DNA of 64,000 nt, from positions 64,001 through 128,000 of IMG/VR virus record IMGVR_UViG_3300025707_000003; one strand, 5' to 3'. The position numbers and the translations under genes are program-made. Within the stretch, counting starts at the first letter, position 1. Every line of letters starts with the position of its first letter. Origin of the DNA: a virus. Its lineage: Duplodnaviria; Caudoviricetes. Shown here piece by piece: positions 16,608-26,941 of the stretch. Below the pieces are notes generated by a model. That model was given only the letters and a program-made list of their open reading frames with translations, did not search any database and was not told the origin of the DNA.

Positions 16608-17249
16608 ATGAGTAGCGATCAAGGCTTATTGCCGATTATGAGTCCTTTATATAACTTACGAGAGATCTGTAAGCAGATCGTCCTACTCGAAGATCACCTT
16701 AACCAACCTCGCAAAAGATGCCCCGATTGTATCCGTAAACATTTCCTCACCATAGAAGCATTATTTGAGGAAGCGGTATCTCTTGATAAAGAGTTGAAAT
16801 ATACAGAGGTGCTAGACAATAAGGCTGAAGAGATTAGGAAGCTCCAATCTGTATGGTTAGACACTAGAGAGAGTGAACACGCACATAGGTTTTACCTCAT
16901 CCTCGCTCAAGCACTTAGAGTTCTCAGAAAGAGCTTTGCTGAACATTGCTTTGATGTTCGCAAGATGGCGAGCATGGAGCGTAAGGCTAGTTCTTATGTC
17001 TGCCCACACATGAGGGTAGCTACTAAAACCGAATCTGAAAAAGAGGATGAAGCAGTACAGAAGCTCATTCGTAGATCTCCGAAGAAAAAGCCACCACGCA
17101 AAGACCTTCGTAAGAACAGAGTAGAAATCAGCGATGACCCCGACCTACAAGGTGTTGGTCGTGGGGATCAAGGCGACCCAGACCTTTCTCGTAGAGATCA
17201 AAAGATGGCGAAGCGTATTGCTCTTAAGCATCTGAACTTAAGAGCGTAA
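16608..17249 (+). CDS. Hypothetical late protein (CxxC motif)
   Basis: RKRCPDCIRKH; class I motif at 16553. Confidence 0.7.
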   Translation: MSSDQGLLPIMSPLYNLREICKQIVLLEDHLNQPRKRCPDCIRKHFLTIEALFEEAVSLDKELKYTEVLDNKAEEIRKLQSVWLDTRESEHAHRFYLILAQALRVLRKSFAEHCFDVRKMASMERKASSYVCPHMRVATKTESEKEDEAVQKLIRRSPKKKPPRKDLRKNRVEISDDPDLQGVGRGDQGDPDLSRRDQKMAKRIALKHLNLRA

Positions 17250-17252
17250 TCT

Positions 17253-20200
17253 GTGATGTTAAATATACTTCTACTCGAACTGCAAAATGAGCTAGATAAA
17301 ACAGACAGACTCCTTTTAGAGGCATATCGAGTAGCCGCACCTCTAAAAAATGAGGACGGTTCTCGTAAACCCACAGTTAAAAAGAAGCGAAAGAAACAGA
17401 AACTCACACCAGAGCAGAAGAAGAAACAGAAAAAAGAACAAAAGATCGTTAAAAAGGTCAAAGAAAAACTCAAAAGCCGCACCTATAAGAGCAGGCAAAC
17501 TGGTGATGAGTTATCCTTCAACACAGCCTATAATCGCAAACACCCTAAAGCGGTCAAAGACTTCAACAAAGCGATGGAAAAGGCTAGGGGTTCTAAAGGG
17601 GAATCAAAGAAAGAGGTCAACTACTCGGTAAAAGCTAAACTTAATGATGAACAGTACGACCTACTATCAAGAATGAACAATGGTCGAGACATGAAAGATA
17701 TGTCTCTCGTTGAAGAACGCACCATGAGAGACATCATGTCACTTCTTATGGACATCCATGAAGAGGTTCGAGAAGAGGTGGGCGAGCCTCCCCCTAAGAA
17801 GACAAGAAGTACAAGATCAGATAAAGGTAAGAAGCGTGGGCCGTATAATAAGAAGGTCAAAGAAAAGCTCACAACCTCTCTTGAAGAAGAAGGTATTGAA
17901 GCTGTTGACCTAAATGTTCAAGAGACATCCGACATTCCAGAGGAAGAGGTAAAAGAAACTAAAGGAGTCTTAGACGAAAGAGCTAAAGAGAGATCTGAAC
18001 AAACAGGAGAGGAAGAACCTAAGAAACCCAAGAAACCCAAGAAACCCAAGAAACCCAAAGAGCCTATAGATGGTGCTCCTTTACTTGAACAGCCTAGCTA
18101 TGTCCAAAAGGCAGAAATCAAAGATCGTCTTGAGAAAGCGTTTAGAGATAATTTAAGTAAAGGCACTAGCGAGAAGATGGAAAAGCTCGAAGATAAACTC
18201 CAAGACCCCTCTTTAAGTGATAAAGAAAAGAGAGATCTCCAAGAGCAGATCAAGGAACTTGAAAAAAAGGATCTTGCCTCAACTAGAAAAAGCACAAGGA
18301 CTCTTGTTCAGAGGATAAGTGAAACTGTGGACGCTCTTGATGAACTCACTGAAGATCAAGTCGAACAAATGGCTGACGCTTACGGTTCTGGTGCAGTCAC
18401 AGTCGAAGATGTCATGAGAAATAATGGACTCGATGGACTACAGTCATACCTCGATGACGAAGTGAAGAATAAAGACTTCGGCCCTCCGAAGCCCCCTTCA
18501 GACAGAGAGGGTTTTGCAGAAGAGTTAGGGAAATACCTAGCAATTACCCACGCACAAAAGAGCATTGCAGAAGACCCAGAGTTTGGGTTGCGTGAGTTTC
18601 CTAGTGATGGGGATGATCATGATAAAGAGAAACACTTAGAGAATGTACGCAGAGTCCAATCAAGACGCTTTAAGAAGATGGACACAGATCAGCGTACTAA
18701 CATGGTTTCTAGGGTCAAAGAGGATATTGACGAGGCTATAGAAACCTTAAAAGATGAAGGACTGTCCGAAGATGAAAAGAAGTCCTTACAAGGTAAGATC
18801 GCAAACTTAAAATCATCAGAAACTGCCCTCAATACAGTACGCATGATAAAAGAGGAAGGTGTCATTGATGGGTATGCTGAAGTACCCGACAAATTGCTTG
18901 AGCTTGCAAGGCAAACAGGATCTGAAGCTTGGGAAGAAGGAATTAGTTTGCTCTCCCAACAAGGCACAAACCCTAGTAAGACACGAGATCTAATTGAGTC
19001 GGTCACTGAAAACCTTGACACAGAAGATTTTAAGGCTGTGGTAGGTGGAGAACAAGGGCCTTATGGTGAAATGCTTGACTTGTTGGATGACGACTATTGT
19101 CCAGGTGGTCCAACAAATAATTCTAAAGATCTTGGTGACAGGAAGCTCAAACCATCAGATGATCCTTGCCCTAATCCTTTATCTGATGACATGAAGAAGA
19201 TGTTAAGGGATTACATGAGTGGTGGGTTCGTTAATCTCTACACAGTCGAAAAAGAATCTAAAGGTGACGGTCACTACAAACCGAAAAAGGGTGATGAGGG
19301 GGCTTCCAAGCAAGTTAAGAAGCAGATGAAGGAATTTTGGAGAGATAACAAAGAGAAGTTTTTCGAGGTGTTTGTTGATGGGATTGATCTGTCAACAAAT
19401 AAACCCTATACCGATGAACAAAGAGAAGCGGCAGGGGAGGAATTCAGAACTAGATGGTTTGCTGAAGAAACTCGGAGTAGCATTGATGGTGTCCAACTCT
19501 ACAGTGGAAACGCCAAACGCTTTAGGTGGGAGCAGATACAGCAGGAATTAGAAAAAGTGAAAAATTTAGATGGTGCGATTAAGAGGCAGAAACTTAAAGA
19601 GATAAGAACTAGGCTTACAGAGCTGTTTGATGACACAGCAACTCAAGAATCAGAGTCAGCAACCTCAAAAAAACAAGCAAATAATTTTAATAGTTCATTT
19701 ATTGACACCTACTATAAGAGTGGAGGCACTAAAATCATGCAAAAAAGATCTACACAGTATGTTGATTATCAGCGTAGATCCCAAGCGTTTGAACTTGGGA
19801 TGCGTGTCTATCCCTTTCTTGGGGGTAATCCGTCAAGGTCTGGTCTGGTTATAGCTATCTTTCCTGCTATTGGTATGGTAGATGTGCAGTTTCCTCATGG
19901 TTCGCAACGCTATCCTGTAGAGGATCTTGTAGTAGATACTTCGGGTGATTACTTGAACATTTACGAAGATGACCAAGATACTATCCCTGGTGGCGTAGGT
20001 ACTGTTCCTGTTTCATCTCGTTCTGTTAAAAAGCAAGCTAGTCGTGTCGCCTCCAAGTACATGAAGCAAGCTATTTATTGGTACAAAAGGGATCGTACAT
20101 ATCGCCAATGTCGGCATGAGGTAAAACCTTGTTGTCCTAAGTGCAAAAACCCACTCGGCAATACTGTTTACAAAAGAAGAGGAGGTAAGAGTGAGAAACT

Positions 20201-20258
20201 GCTCGCTTGTTATACTTGTCTCTTCATCATCAAACCTTCCGACATCATTAAGGGGTAA
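17253..20258 (+). CDS. 1001-aa K/E-rich protein, with nested in-frame gene from ATG 19737 ending in a Zn ribbon
   Basis: KPK repeats; internal class I motif 19691-19702 and ggagg RBS; C-terminal CPKC...CYTC. Confidence 0.7.
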   Translation: MMLNILLLELQNELDKTDRLLLEAYRVAAPLKNEDGSRKPTVKKKRKKQKLTPEQKKKQKKEQKIVKKVKEKLKSRTYKSRQTGDELSFNTAYNRKHPKAVKDFNKAMEKARGSKGESKKEVNYSVKAKLNDEQYDLLSRMNNGRDMKDMSLVEERTMRDIMSLLMDIHEEVREEVGEPPPKKTRSTRSDKGKKRGPYNKKVKEKLTTSLEEEGIEAVDLNVQETSDIPEEEVKETKGVLDERAKERSEQTGEEEPKKPKKPKKPKKPKEPIDGAPLLEQPSYVQKAEIKDRLEKAFRDNLSKGTSEKMEKLEDKLQDPSLSDKEKRDLQEQIKELEKKDLASTRKSTRTLVQRISETVDALDELTEDQVEQMADAYGSGAVTVEDVMRNNGLDGLQSYLDDEVKNKDFGPPKPPSDREGFAEELGKYLAITHAQKSIAEDPEFGLREFPSDGDDHDKEKHLENVRRVQSRRFKKMDTDQRTNMVSRVKEDIDEAIETLKDEGLSEDEKKSLQGKIANLKSSETALNTVRMIKEEGVIDGYAEVPDKLLELARQTGSEAWEEGISLLSQQGTNPSKTRDLIESVTENLDTEDFKAVVGGEQGPYGEMLDLLDDDYCPGGPTNNSKDLGDRKLKPSDDPCPNPLSDDMKKMLRDYMSGGFVNLYTVEKESKGDGHYKPKKGDEGASKQVKKQMKEFWRDNKEKFFEVFVDGIDLSTNKPYTDEQREAAGEEFRTRWFAEETRSSIDGVQLYSGNAKRFRWEQIQQELEKVKNLDGAIKRQKLKEIRTRLTELFDDTATQESESATSKKQANNFNSSFIDTYYKSGGTKIMQKRSTQYVDYQRRSQAFELGMRVYPFLGGNPSRSGLVIAIFPAIGMVDVQFPHGSQRYPVEDLVVDTSGDYLNIYEDDQDTIPGGVGTVPVSSRSVKKQASRVASKYMKQAIYWYKRDRTYRQCRHEVKPCCPKCKNPLGNTVYKRRGGKSEKLLACYTCLFIIKPSDIIKG
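19691..19702 (+). promoter_or_regulatory. Class I variant TAGTTCATTTAT inside a CDS
   Basis: 35 nt upstream of in-frame ATG 19737 with ggagg RBS. Confidence 0.55.
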
Positions 20259-20261
20259 AGC

Positions 20262-21707
20262 ATGGCATTTTTAAGATATGCTAGGGCTAATGTAGTACAG
20301 CCCTCTATTCATGGTCTACAATGGGATAAAGTTAGAATCGCTTCTGGTGATAAAACCATCAATGCCTCGCTCAAAAAGCAAGCTGAGGATATTCTAGGCG
20401 AACCTTTCACTCCCGATAGATTTCTACTTACACACTCCACAATCGTTTGTTCTGTCGATGCTTTCACGCCTCCTAATACAAAGACAGGCTCGATCACTGA
20501 GGGTGGGCAAACCATTAACCGTAAATATGCTGACTATCGTATAAGTTCAGATACAGATAAGTTCATCAATAACAACCTCGACTCATGGTCAAGGGAAGTG
20601 ATCAAGAAGTCTTATCCGACTTTCATTGGTGCTCATAACTTTGTTGAGCATATCCAAGTAGAAGAACTCTCAAAAGGTCGCATTATAGATGCAGTCCTTA
20701 GAGACATAGGTGAATCTCTATATGTAGACATCCTTGTCGCCACTGATCGTAAGCATGAAGACTTAGTAAAACAGATCGAGTCGGGTCAAATGAACGCAAT
20801 GTCTATGGGATGTAGCGTAGACTTTACCATTTGTACTAAATGTGGTCATGTAGCCGCTGATGAAACAGAGATGTGTTCTCATGTTAAATATGAGAAGGGC
20901 AATGTTTTCTATGATGAGCAAGGAAATCAGCATAGAGTAGCAGAGCTTTGTGGGCATGAAGATATTGGTGGCACAGCAGGTGTTACCTTCATTGAGGCTT
21001 CTTGGGTCGCAACTCCTGCATTTACAGGAGCTGTTGCTCGAAACACATTAGAGATACCCTCTGCTGATATGGCAAAATCTGCTTCGGATGTGGAACTAAA
21101 TGAAGTCCCCGAAAAGTGGATCGCCAAAGCCTCTAGCTTACAAAGTTCTCCTTGGTATGACCCTCATGGTCAACTAACTAAAAAGGCTGGCCCTTTTGAT
21201 ATGGATGAGGATGAAGAAGAAGGTGGAGGCGATGACGCTTCAACCCCTTCAGAGTCTTTGCTCAAACAATTAGAATCTGTGTATGAGACTGCTATTGTAG
21301 ATCGTTTTCGTAAAAAACTAGAGAACGAGATCAAAGCAGAAAAAGCTCAAGAAGTTATGAACCCCCCAATAGATAAATCTGTCGTTGAGCAAAATGATAC
21401 GATTATCAAAGAGGGAGTTTCTGCTTCTAAATATATGAGTCTCTTAGATGCTTCTGTTAAAACAGCTAAAACTGTTGAAGAAGCTGTCTTGAACATTACT
21501 TTGGTAAACAACCATTGTAAAGTTCATGTCCCGACCCATGTTTATAAGTTGGCTAGTGTTCTAGGTACAACAACACAATATAATAGTGTTGTTGATTATC
21601 TTGAGCAAGCCAACTACTTAAACGGTAAAAAATTATCGAAGCAAGACACTCTTCGTCTTGTAAGATTAGCTAAACTGTTATCCCTTAACACTTACGGGCA
21701 GAAATAA
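20262..21707 (+). CDS. Prohead (head maturation) protease with Zn-binding insert
   Basis: HNFVEH, MSMGCSVDFTICTKCG...CSH, FIEASWVATPAF match the HK97/assemblin-type protease pattern; directly upstream of scaffold and capsid genes. Confidence 0.75.
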   Translation: MAFLRYARANVVQPSIHGLQWDKVRIASGDKTINASLKKQAEDILGEPFTPDRFLLTHSTIVCSVDAFTPPNTKTGSITEGGQTINRKYADYRISSDTDKFINNNLDSWSREVIKKSYPTFIGAHNFVEHIQVEELSKGRIIDAVLRDIGESLYVDILVATDRKHEDLVKQIESGQMNAMSMGCSVDFTICTKCGHVAADETEMCSHVKYEKGNVFYDEQGNQHRVAELCGHEDIGGTAGVTFIEASWVATPAFTGAVARNTLEIPSADMAKSASDVELNEVPEKWIAKASSLQSSPWYDPHGQLTKKAGPFDMDEDEEEGGGDDASTPSESLLKQLESVYETAIVDRFRKKLENEIKAEKAQEVMNPPIDKSVVEQNDTIIKEGVSASKYMSLLDASVKTAKTVEEAVLNITLVNNHCKVHVPTHVYKLASVLGTTTQYNSVVDYLEQANYLNGKKLSKQDTLRLVRLAKLLSLNTYGQK

Positions 21708-21743
21708 GTCTCGCCCTGTTTCACCCCAGAAAGGAATTGCCTT

Positions 21744-23321
21744 ATGTCTAGGTATTCTCGTTCTAAGAATATGTCACGCAGGGCAGAACTTGCTCGTAGA
21801 AGAAATCGCAGAGCAAACTCTGCCCTTCCAGGTTCTGATAACCTCGGTTGGGATCACTTCGGTCATCCTGCCTCCTCTGATCAACCCGATGTTGACGCTT
21901 ATGGACTCGATTCAGAGTTCGGTGAAGGAGTCCGTAAAGGACCCTATCGCTCAGGCCCAGCTCCTGCCTCTGTAGGTTGGACTCCTGAACACCCTGCTTC
22001 TTCTGATGAGACCGCTGAGGATTATGCTCTTACTGATGATCTTCGCCAAGAGAATCTTAAGAAAGCTATGGAGCGTAAAGCGGCAAAGTGTATTCAAATC
22101 GCTGAATCTCGTCTTGGTCGTAGAGCTTCTCAAGTTGAAGTTGAAGATCTTGCACTACGCATGATGGATCTCCCTAATCGTACTGTTAATGCTCGTGTTG
22201 CTCGTCTTGCAGACAATGCTGTACAAGTCGGTACTGACTATGATGATGGTCTTGACTTCACAGGTCCAGGTAATGCAAGTGATGAGATTGAAGCTGATGG
22301 TCACATGGGTCATGGTATGTTCGATGAATATGACATTGACGGTGATGAAATGATCGACATGAGCGAATGGGGTGGTTCAGACTCTGCATTCAACTCTATG
22401 GATACAAACGAAGACGGATTCCTTTCTCGTGATGAAGTCGCTATGGGTCTTGGTGAGTCATTCGCTGATGATATTGAAGCTGATGATGAACTCGCAAACA
22501 TCATGGCTGAACTTGAAGCTGATGACATGGGTATGAATTCAGCAGATCAACTAGCAGAAGAAATCGCTATGCTCAAAGCGGCAAACGCTCGTCTTGCTCG
22601 CAAGGTTCGTAAGCTCGCTGATAATGCTGTACAAGTTGGCACAGACAATCCAGTTGAAGACCCAGAACTACAGATCGACACTTCTCCAGAAAATGAGCCA
22701 TCTGAAGGTCAACCTACTCAGCGTCTTGCTAAGATTGAACGACTCGCAGAAGCTCTTTCTGCTTATATGTCTGATCGTCAAGCAGGAGATGACATGGCTT
22801 CTCTTCTTGCAGAGCTTGAGGCTGATGACTCTCGTGAAATGAACGATTCAAACTTTGGTTACACTGCCGAAGAAACTGTTGAAGCTCATGATATTGAAGC
22901 TCATGAACTTGAAGCTCATGAACTTGAAGCTGATGATATTGAAGCTGATGATATTGAAACTCATATGATGGGTGAAGATGTCATGGGGCTTGATATGAAC
23001 GCTGACGATCTGATGGCTATGGATCCTCGCCTCGCTTCAATCTTTACTGCATCTGATGAAGAAGATTCTGATGAAGAAGATTCTAGCGAAGAAGATTCTA
23101 GCGAAGAAGATTCTAGCGAAGAAGAAAAGACTGAAGAAGATTCTGAAGAAGAAAAGACTGAGGAAAAGGCTAAGAAGAAAGCTTCTTATCGCCCACGCAC
23201 CTCAGCTCGTAAATCGGCAGTTAAGACTCTTGGGAACATTTCTCGTGAGGCTTCAAGAGGTTCAGACGAACTTTCTAAACTTTGGGAATCTGCTCCCGAT
23301 GTAAGCAAGTTCTTCGGATAA
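21744..23321 (+). CDS. Scaffold protein (probable), acidic, with EF-hand pair and internal repeats
   Basis: Position between protease and capsid genes; D/E-rich; repeats LADNAVQVGTD x2, AH(D/E)(I/L)E, EEDSS; DIDGDEMIDMSE and DTNEDGFLSRDE loops. Confidence 0.7.
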   Translation: MSRYSRSKNMSRRAELARRRNRRANSALPGSDNLGWDHFGHPASSDQPDVDAYGLDSEFGEGVRKGPYRSGPAPASVGWTPEHPASSDETAEDYALTDDLRQENLKKAMERKAAKCIQIAESRLGRRASQVEVEDLALRMMDLPNRTVNARVARLADNAVQVGTDYDDGLDFTGPGNASDEIEADGHMGHGMFDEYDIDGDEMIDMSEWGGSDSAFNSMDTNEDGFLSRDEVAMGLGESFADDIEADDELANIMAELEADDMGMNSADQLAEEIAMLKAANARLARKVRKLADNAVQVGTDNPVEDPELQIDTSPENEPSEGQPTQRLAKIERLAEALSAYMSDRQAGDDMASLLAELEADDSREMNDSNFGYTAEETVEAHDIEAHELEAHELEADDIEADDIETHMMGEDVMGLDMNADDLMAMDPRLASIFTASDEEDSDEEDSSEEDSSEEDSSEEEKTEEDSEEEKTEEKAKKKASYRPRTSARKSAVKTLGNISREASRGSDELSKLWESAPDVSKFFG

Positions 23322-23339
23322 GATATAAATAAACTGTAA

Positions 23340-23351
23340 TAGTTTATTTAT
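23340..23351 (+). promoter_or_regulatory. Class I motif
   Basis: Upstream of decoration and MCP genes. Confidence 0.75.
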
Positions 23352-23463
23352 TAATGACGCTATTATATTGGAAAACTTTTGGGGGTCGGTTGTAAGACCA
23401 CCCTATTCTTAACTACACTACTCTCTTGAAAACAGAGAGTACGAGCTTAATAGGAGAAATCTC

Positions 23464-24051
23464 ATGGCTCTACTTGGACAAGCTAGTGGTGGTTTTACAG
23501 AGTCAAGCTCTGCGTTGCGTATACTTCATGTTGGTGTGCGTAATACTGTAGGTCAACTACACAGCAGTGCTTTCACTCAGTCAAACCCCGTTTTTGGTGC
23601 TAATGCTACATCAGCACCAGGTCTTTTAACAAATGTACTCGGAGTACTTAGCGGTTCTATCGCTTTTACTCGTGGTACTACTAACGAGCATGGTGGACCT
23701 TCAGTGGCAGCCGCTCCTGCTACTGAGCGTGTGCTTGGTGTTTTCATCAACAATGCTTCGGGCAATGCTTTTGAGAATCAACCAGGTGTTGCTTCTAACC
23801 GTGGCCCATATGTTTCTGCACAAGGTACTTTTGCGAACCTTCTGTATGAGACAGTAAATGTTGCTACCAATGCTGACATCACAGCAACTTATGTTCCTGG
23901 TGCTACATTGATTGCTTCTATCAATGGTTTCTTGACCACCGCTGTAAATAATGCAAATCACGATCATACTGATAGTGCTACTACCATCGGTATTCTTAAA
24001 ATCTCTCCCGACTCAACTTCTGATGAGTTGGTATACGACCAACGCATCTGA
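23464..24051 (+). CDS. Capsid decoration/cement protein (putative)
   Basis: Small Gly/Ala/Thr-rich beta protein immediately before MCP; highly biased codons. Confidence 0.55.
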   Translation: MALLGQASGGFTESSSALRILHVGVRNTVGQLHSSAFTQSNPVFGANATSAPGLLTNVLGVLSGSIAFTRGTTNEHGGPSVAAAPATERVLGVFINNASGNAFENQPGVASNRGPYVSAQGTFANLLYETVNVATNADITATYVPGATLIASINGFLTTAVNNANHDHTDSATTIGILKISPDSTSDELVYDQRI

Positions 24052-24073
24052 TAGAAAGGAAGAGTGATTTATT

Positions 24074-24952
24074 ATGAGTAATACAGTTGATAATGCCGTA
24101 AAACAGAAGATCATTTCTGACTACATTAAGACTCCTCAAGGTCGTGCGAAGCTCGCCGCTTCAATGACTCAACCTTTACGCCTTCGTAGAGATTACACCT
24201 CTGTTGGTCGCAAGACTTTCTTAGTCGAGCAACTTCCAGACGGTGCTTTACCTATCTACGACAAAGACCCAGATGTTACTGCATTTGTGGTTGGTGAAGA
24301 GGGTGAAAACATTCTTGCAATCACCAAACCTCGTAGGGTTATCTTCCCTCTTTTCGAGATTGCTTCAAATCCTGAGATTCCTTTGACTCAAATCAAAGAG
24401 CGTAGATTTGACCTTATCGAGAGGGCACAAGATTTAGCTCGTGCTCAAATCCAAGCGGCTGAAGACGAGCGTGTATTCGCTATTCTTGACGCAGTTGCGG
24501 CAAACGGATTTGATTCAGTTGCAGGTCAAACTAACGCTGACCTTCCTGTTATCGCTCCTCTTAATGGTGCTGTTCTTGCTGACGCATTTAGCCTCATTGA
24601 GCGTCACGACCTTCGTGTTGCCCGTATCTTCATGAATGCTCGTGATTATGCTGACATCCGTAAGTTCGGTAGAGATATCCTCGACATCGAGAGCCAAGCG
24701 GCACTTCTCAAGACTGGTCTTCAGGCTACTCTTTGGGGTGCTCAGATCATCACTAGCCGTCTTGTTCCTGTTGGAACTGTTTATGTCTGCTGTGAGCCAG
24801 AAATGTTCGGTCGTATCCCTGTTCGTACAGAATTGACCGTTCTCTCTGCTGACGATCCAAAAGCTCGTACAATTGGTTTTTCAGTGTTCGAGAATTTGGG
24901 TATTGGTGCCTACAACCCTCGTGGTCTTGCTCGTCTTACAGTACAGCGTTAA
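24074..24952 (+). CDS. Major capsid protein (HK97 fold)
   Basis: 292 aa, strong codon bias, IKERRFDLIERAQDLARAQIQAAEDERVF spine helix, followed by strong terminator. Confidence 0.8.
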   Translation: MSNTVDNAVKQKIISDYIKTPQGRAKLAASMTQPLRLRRDYTSVGRKTFLVEQLPDGALPIYDKDPDVTAFVVGEEGENILAITKPRRVIFPLFEIASNPEIPLTQIKERRFDLIERAQDLARAQIQAAEDERVFAILDAVAANGFDSVAGQTNADLPVIAPLNGAVLADAFSLIERHDLRVARIFMNARDYADIRKFGRDILDIESQAALLKTGLQATLWGAQIITSRLVPVGTVYVCCEPEMFGRIPVRTELTVLSADDPKARTIGFSVFENLGIGAYNPRGLARLTVQR

Positions 24953-25011
24953 TATCTAGTATATTCGCTTTACTTTCGCCTACTTAGGTAGGTGTAAGAG
25001 GTCATAGAAAG

Positions 25012-25043
25012 AACCTCATCTTCTTCGGAAGGTGGGGTTTTTT
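25012..25043 (+). terminator. Rho-independent terminator after MCP
   Basis: aacctcatcttc-TTCG-gaaggtggggtt-TTTT. Confidence 0.85.
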
Positions 25044-25093
25044 CGTATCTAGGGTTCTTTTCTTTGGCTTAACTCACTCTCCTATGGTACAAG

Positions 25094-25105
25094 TCTTACA
25101 CTCTT
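25094..25105 (+). promoter_or_regulatory. Anti-RBS arm (tcttacactctt)
   Basis: Perfect reverse complement of 25607-25618 and near-perfect of the RBS region of the 25136 gene. Confidence 0.5.
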
Positions 25106-25135
25106 AAACACTAAGAACCACATAAGGAGTGTAAG

Positions 25136-25621
25136 ATGAACAACAATTTTGTTCCAGTTCCCACAGTAATGGAAGCCATGACAGGTTTCCTCTGTAGTAA
25201 GGCTTTTCTTATCTATCTAATTATATTTGGTGTTCTATTTTTTATATGGCTTTTTATCAAAAAAGAGAGGAGAGAAGAAGCTGATCTCTATCGAGCATTA
25301 GTGAGAGAAGTGAGAGAAAACCAAAATCTTAAGCGAAGACTAGGACAGACACCAAATGAAGAGCAAGATGATATGTACTCCAACGAGGTACTCACCTCGT
25401 CATATGATTTATGCGAATCATATACCAAAGATATCAAATGGAGAAACGCAGGTCTCAGACATGATATAAAAATACTAAACATCGAGGATAAAGAGACACT
25501 ATTGAAAGCGAAGGCTCTACTTTTGTACTTAACTACCTCGGAGAAACAAACCCCACAATTTATTGAGGGTGTTCAGAAAACGCTCAAGGTTATTACGATC
25601 CTAGAAAAGAGTGTAAGATGA
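25136..25621 (+). CDS. Membrane-anchored hypothetical protein
   Basis: N-terminal TM FLIYLIIFGVLFFIWLFI. Confidence 0.65.
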   Translation: MNNNFVPVPTVMEAMTGFLCSKAFLIYLIIFGVLFFIWLFIKKERREEADLYRALVREVRENQNLKRRLGQTPNEEQDDMYSNEVLTSSYDLCESYTKDIKWRNAGLRHDIKILNIEDKETLLKAKALLLYLTTSEKQTPQFIEGVQKTLKVITILEKSVR

Positions 25622-26529
25622 GAGCGATACCATGCCCTATATCTAAAGAGCGTTTTGAAGACCTCTATACTAAACAATACTTAACAGAGAAGCAGATTAA
25701 CGAGTTGTTGATTTCTGAGGGTATTGACTCAAGCATGAAGCGTATTGGTAGTTGGAGACTACGCTATGGGATTGAAACGGTATCTAAGTTTGATCGTCTT
25801 GAGCTACCAAAGATTGAGGGGGAGTTAAGATCAATCCTTATTGGTTCTATGCTAGGTGACGGTCGTATTGTTTTTCGTACTAACGCTTCACACTATGAGG
25901 AACGACACGCACCCAATCAGAAAGAGTATCTTGAGTGGAAGCAAGAGAAGTGGGGCGTGTGGTCATCTGGAGATTTAGCAGTAGCGATGAGTAGGGAGTT
26001 CCCTAGTTATATCTTTCGCACCCACGCTCACCCTATGCTAAATGAGTATCGAGACTTGTTCTATGAGGAGAGGGATAAGGGGTGGAAAGTTGTTAAGTCT
26101 GATGTTATAGACCAAGTAGATGAGTTAGCTTTGGCTATGTGGTATCTCGATGATGGTCATGCAGGACATTGGCCTATGATTTGTTTTGGGGCAAAACAGG
26201 GGAGTCGAGCTAACGCTTACTTAATCTTTGAGAAGTTTGGTTTAGCCCCTAACTGGACACATAAAAAAGGGGAGACAGGAGAGTTCCACTTTAAGGGTGA
26301 GAACGCTTATCGTTTCATTGAGATCATTAAGCCTCATGTACCCGATTGTATGTCTTACAAGTTGGACTTTGGTTTTCAAGGTCGTAACAATGCTATCAAG
26401 AAAAAGATGGACAAAGGCATCTTAGAGGACTTAAGGAGTAAGGGGTGGGGTAAGCGTAGGATAGCTAGGTATCTTGATGTAGGGGCGAGTACAGTGGGTC
26501 GTTGGATGGTTAAGTTTGGAGTGGAGTGA
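25618..26529 (+). mobile_element. Free-standing LAGLIDADG homing endonuclease with terminal HTH
   Basis: ILIGSMLGDG and ALAMWYLDDG motifs. Confidence 0.85.
26474..26529 (+). repeat. Endonuclease 3'-end repeat, copy A
   Basis: 56 nt, 3 mismatches to 26942-26997; 34-nt core identical at 27583-27616. Confidence 0.95.
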
Positions 26530-26538
26530 GGACTTTGA

Positions 26539-26550
26539 TAGTTTATTTAT
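26539..26550 (+). promoter_or_regulatory. Class I motif plus cassette module
   Basis: Exact consensus. Confidence 0.75.
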
Positions 26551-26600
26551 AATAGATCTTAAGTGATCTCTTTAACCAAGAATCCAAATGGAGAAACATT

Positions 26601-26915
26601 ATGCGTAGATCAGCATCAGAAATCATCAATAACCTTGAGAATAGGGTTGCACGACTTGAATCAAGTTCTAACCCTCGTCAAGCTAAAGATGCTTATGATA
26701 TTTGGAGAAGGAAAGTAGATCAGTACATCATTAAGGAAATGCGGGTCACTTTTGAATACGAAACAAAAGACGGTGAACACTCCGAAGACTATATAAACAG
26801 TCTTTGGCAAGATGGAGTTAAGCCATCACGAGCCTCCAAAAATATCATGCAGAAATTTCAATGGTTAAAGTCAGCGGGTATGCTAAAGCATCATAAATAT
26901 TATGATGCTATTTGA
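26601..26915 (+). CDS. Leader-tagged hypothetical protein
   Basis: MRRSASEIINNLENRVARLE; full upstream module. Confidence 0.8.
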   Translation: MRRSASEIINNLENRVARLESSSNPRQAKDAYDIWRRKVDQYIIKEMRVTFEYETKDGEHSEDYINSLWQDGVKPSRASKNIMQKFQWLKSAGMLKHHKYYDAI

Positions 26916-26941
26916 ATGGTTATTGAAAGGGATCTAGGGAT

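Noticed and set aside
22880-23165. Scaffold nucleotide tandem repeats as a DGR or regulatory array
   Set aside because: In-frame low-complexity peptide repeats (AHELE, EEDSS); no reverse transcriptase and no adenine-specific variation
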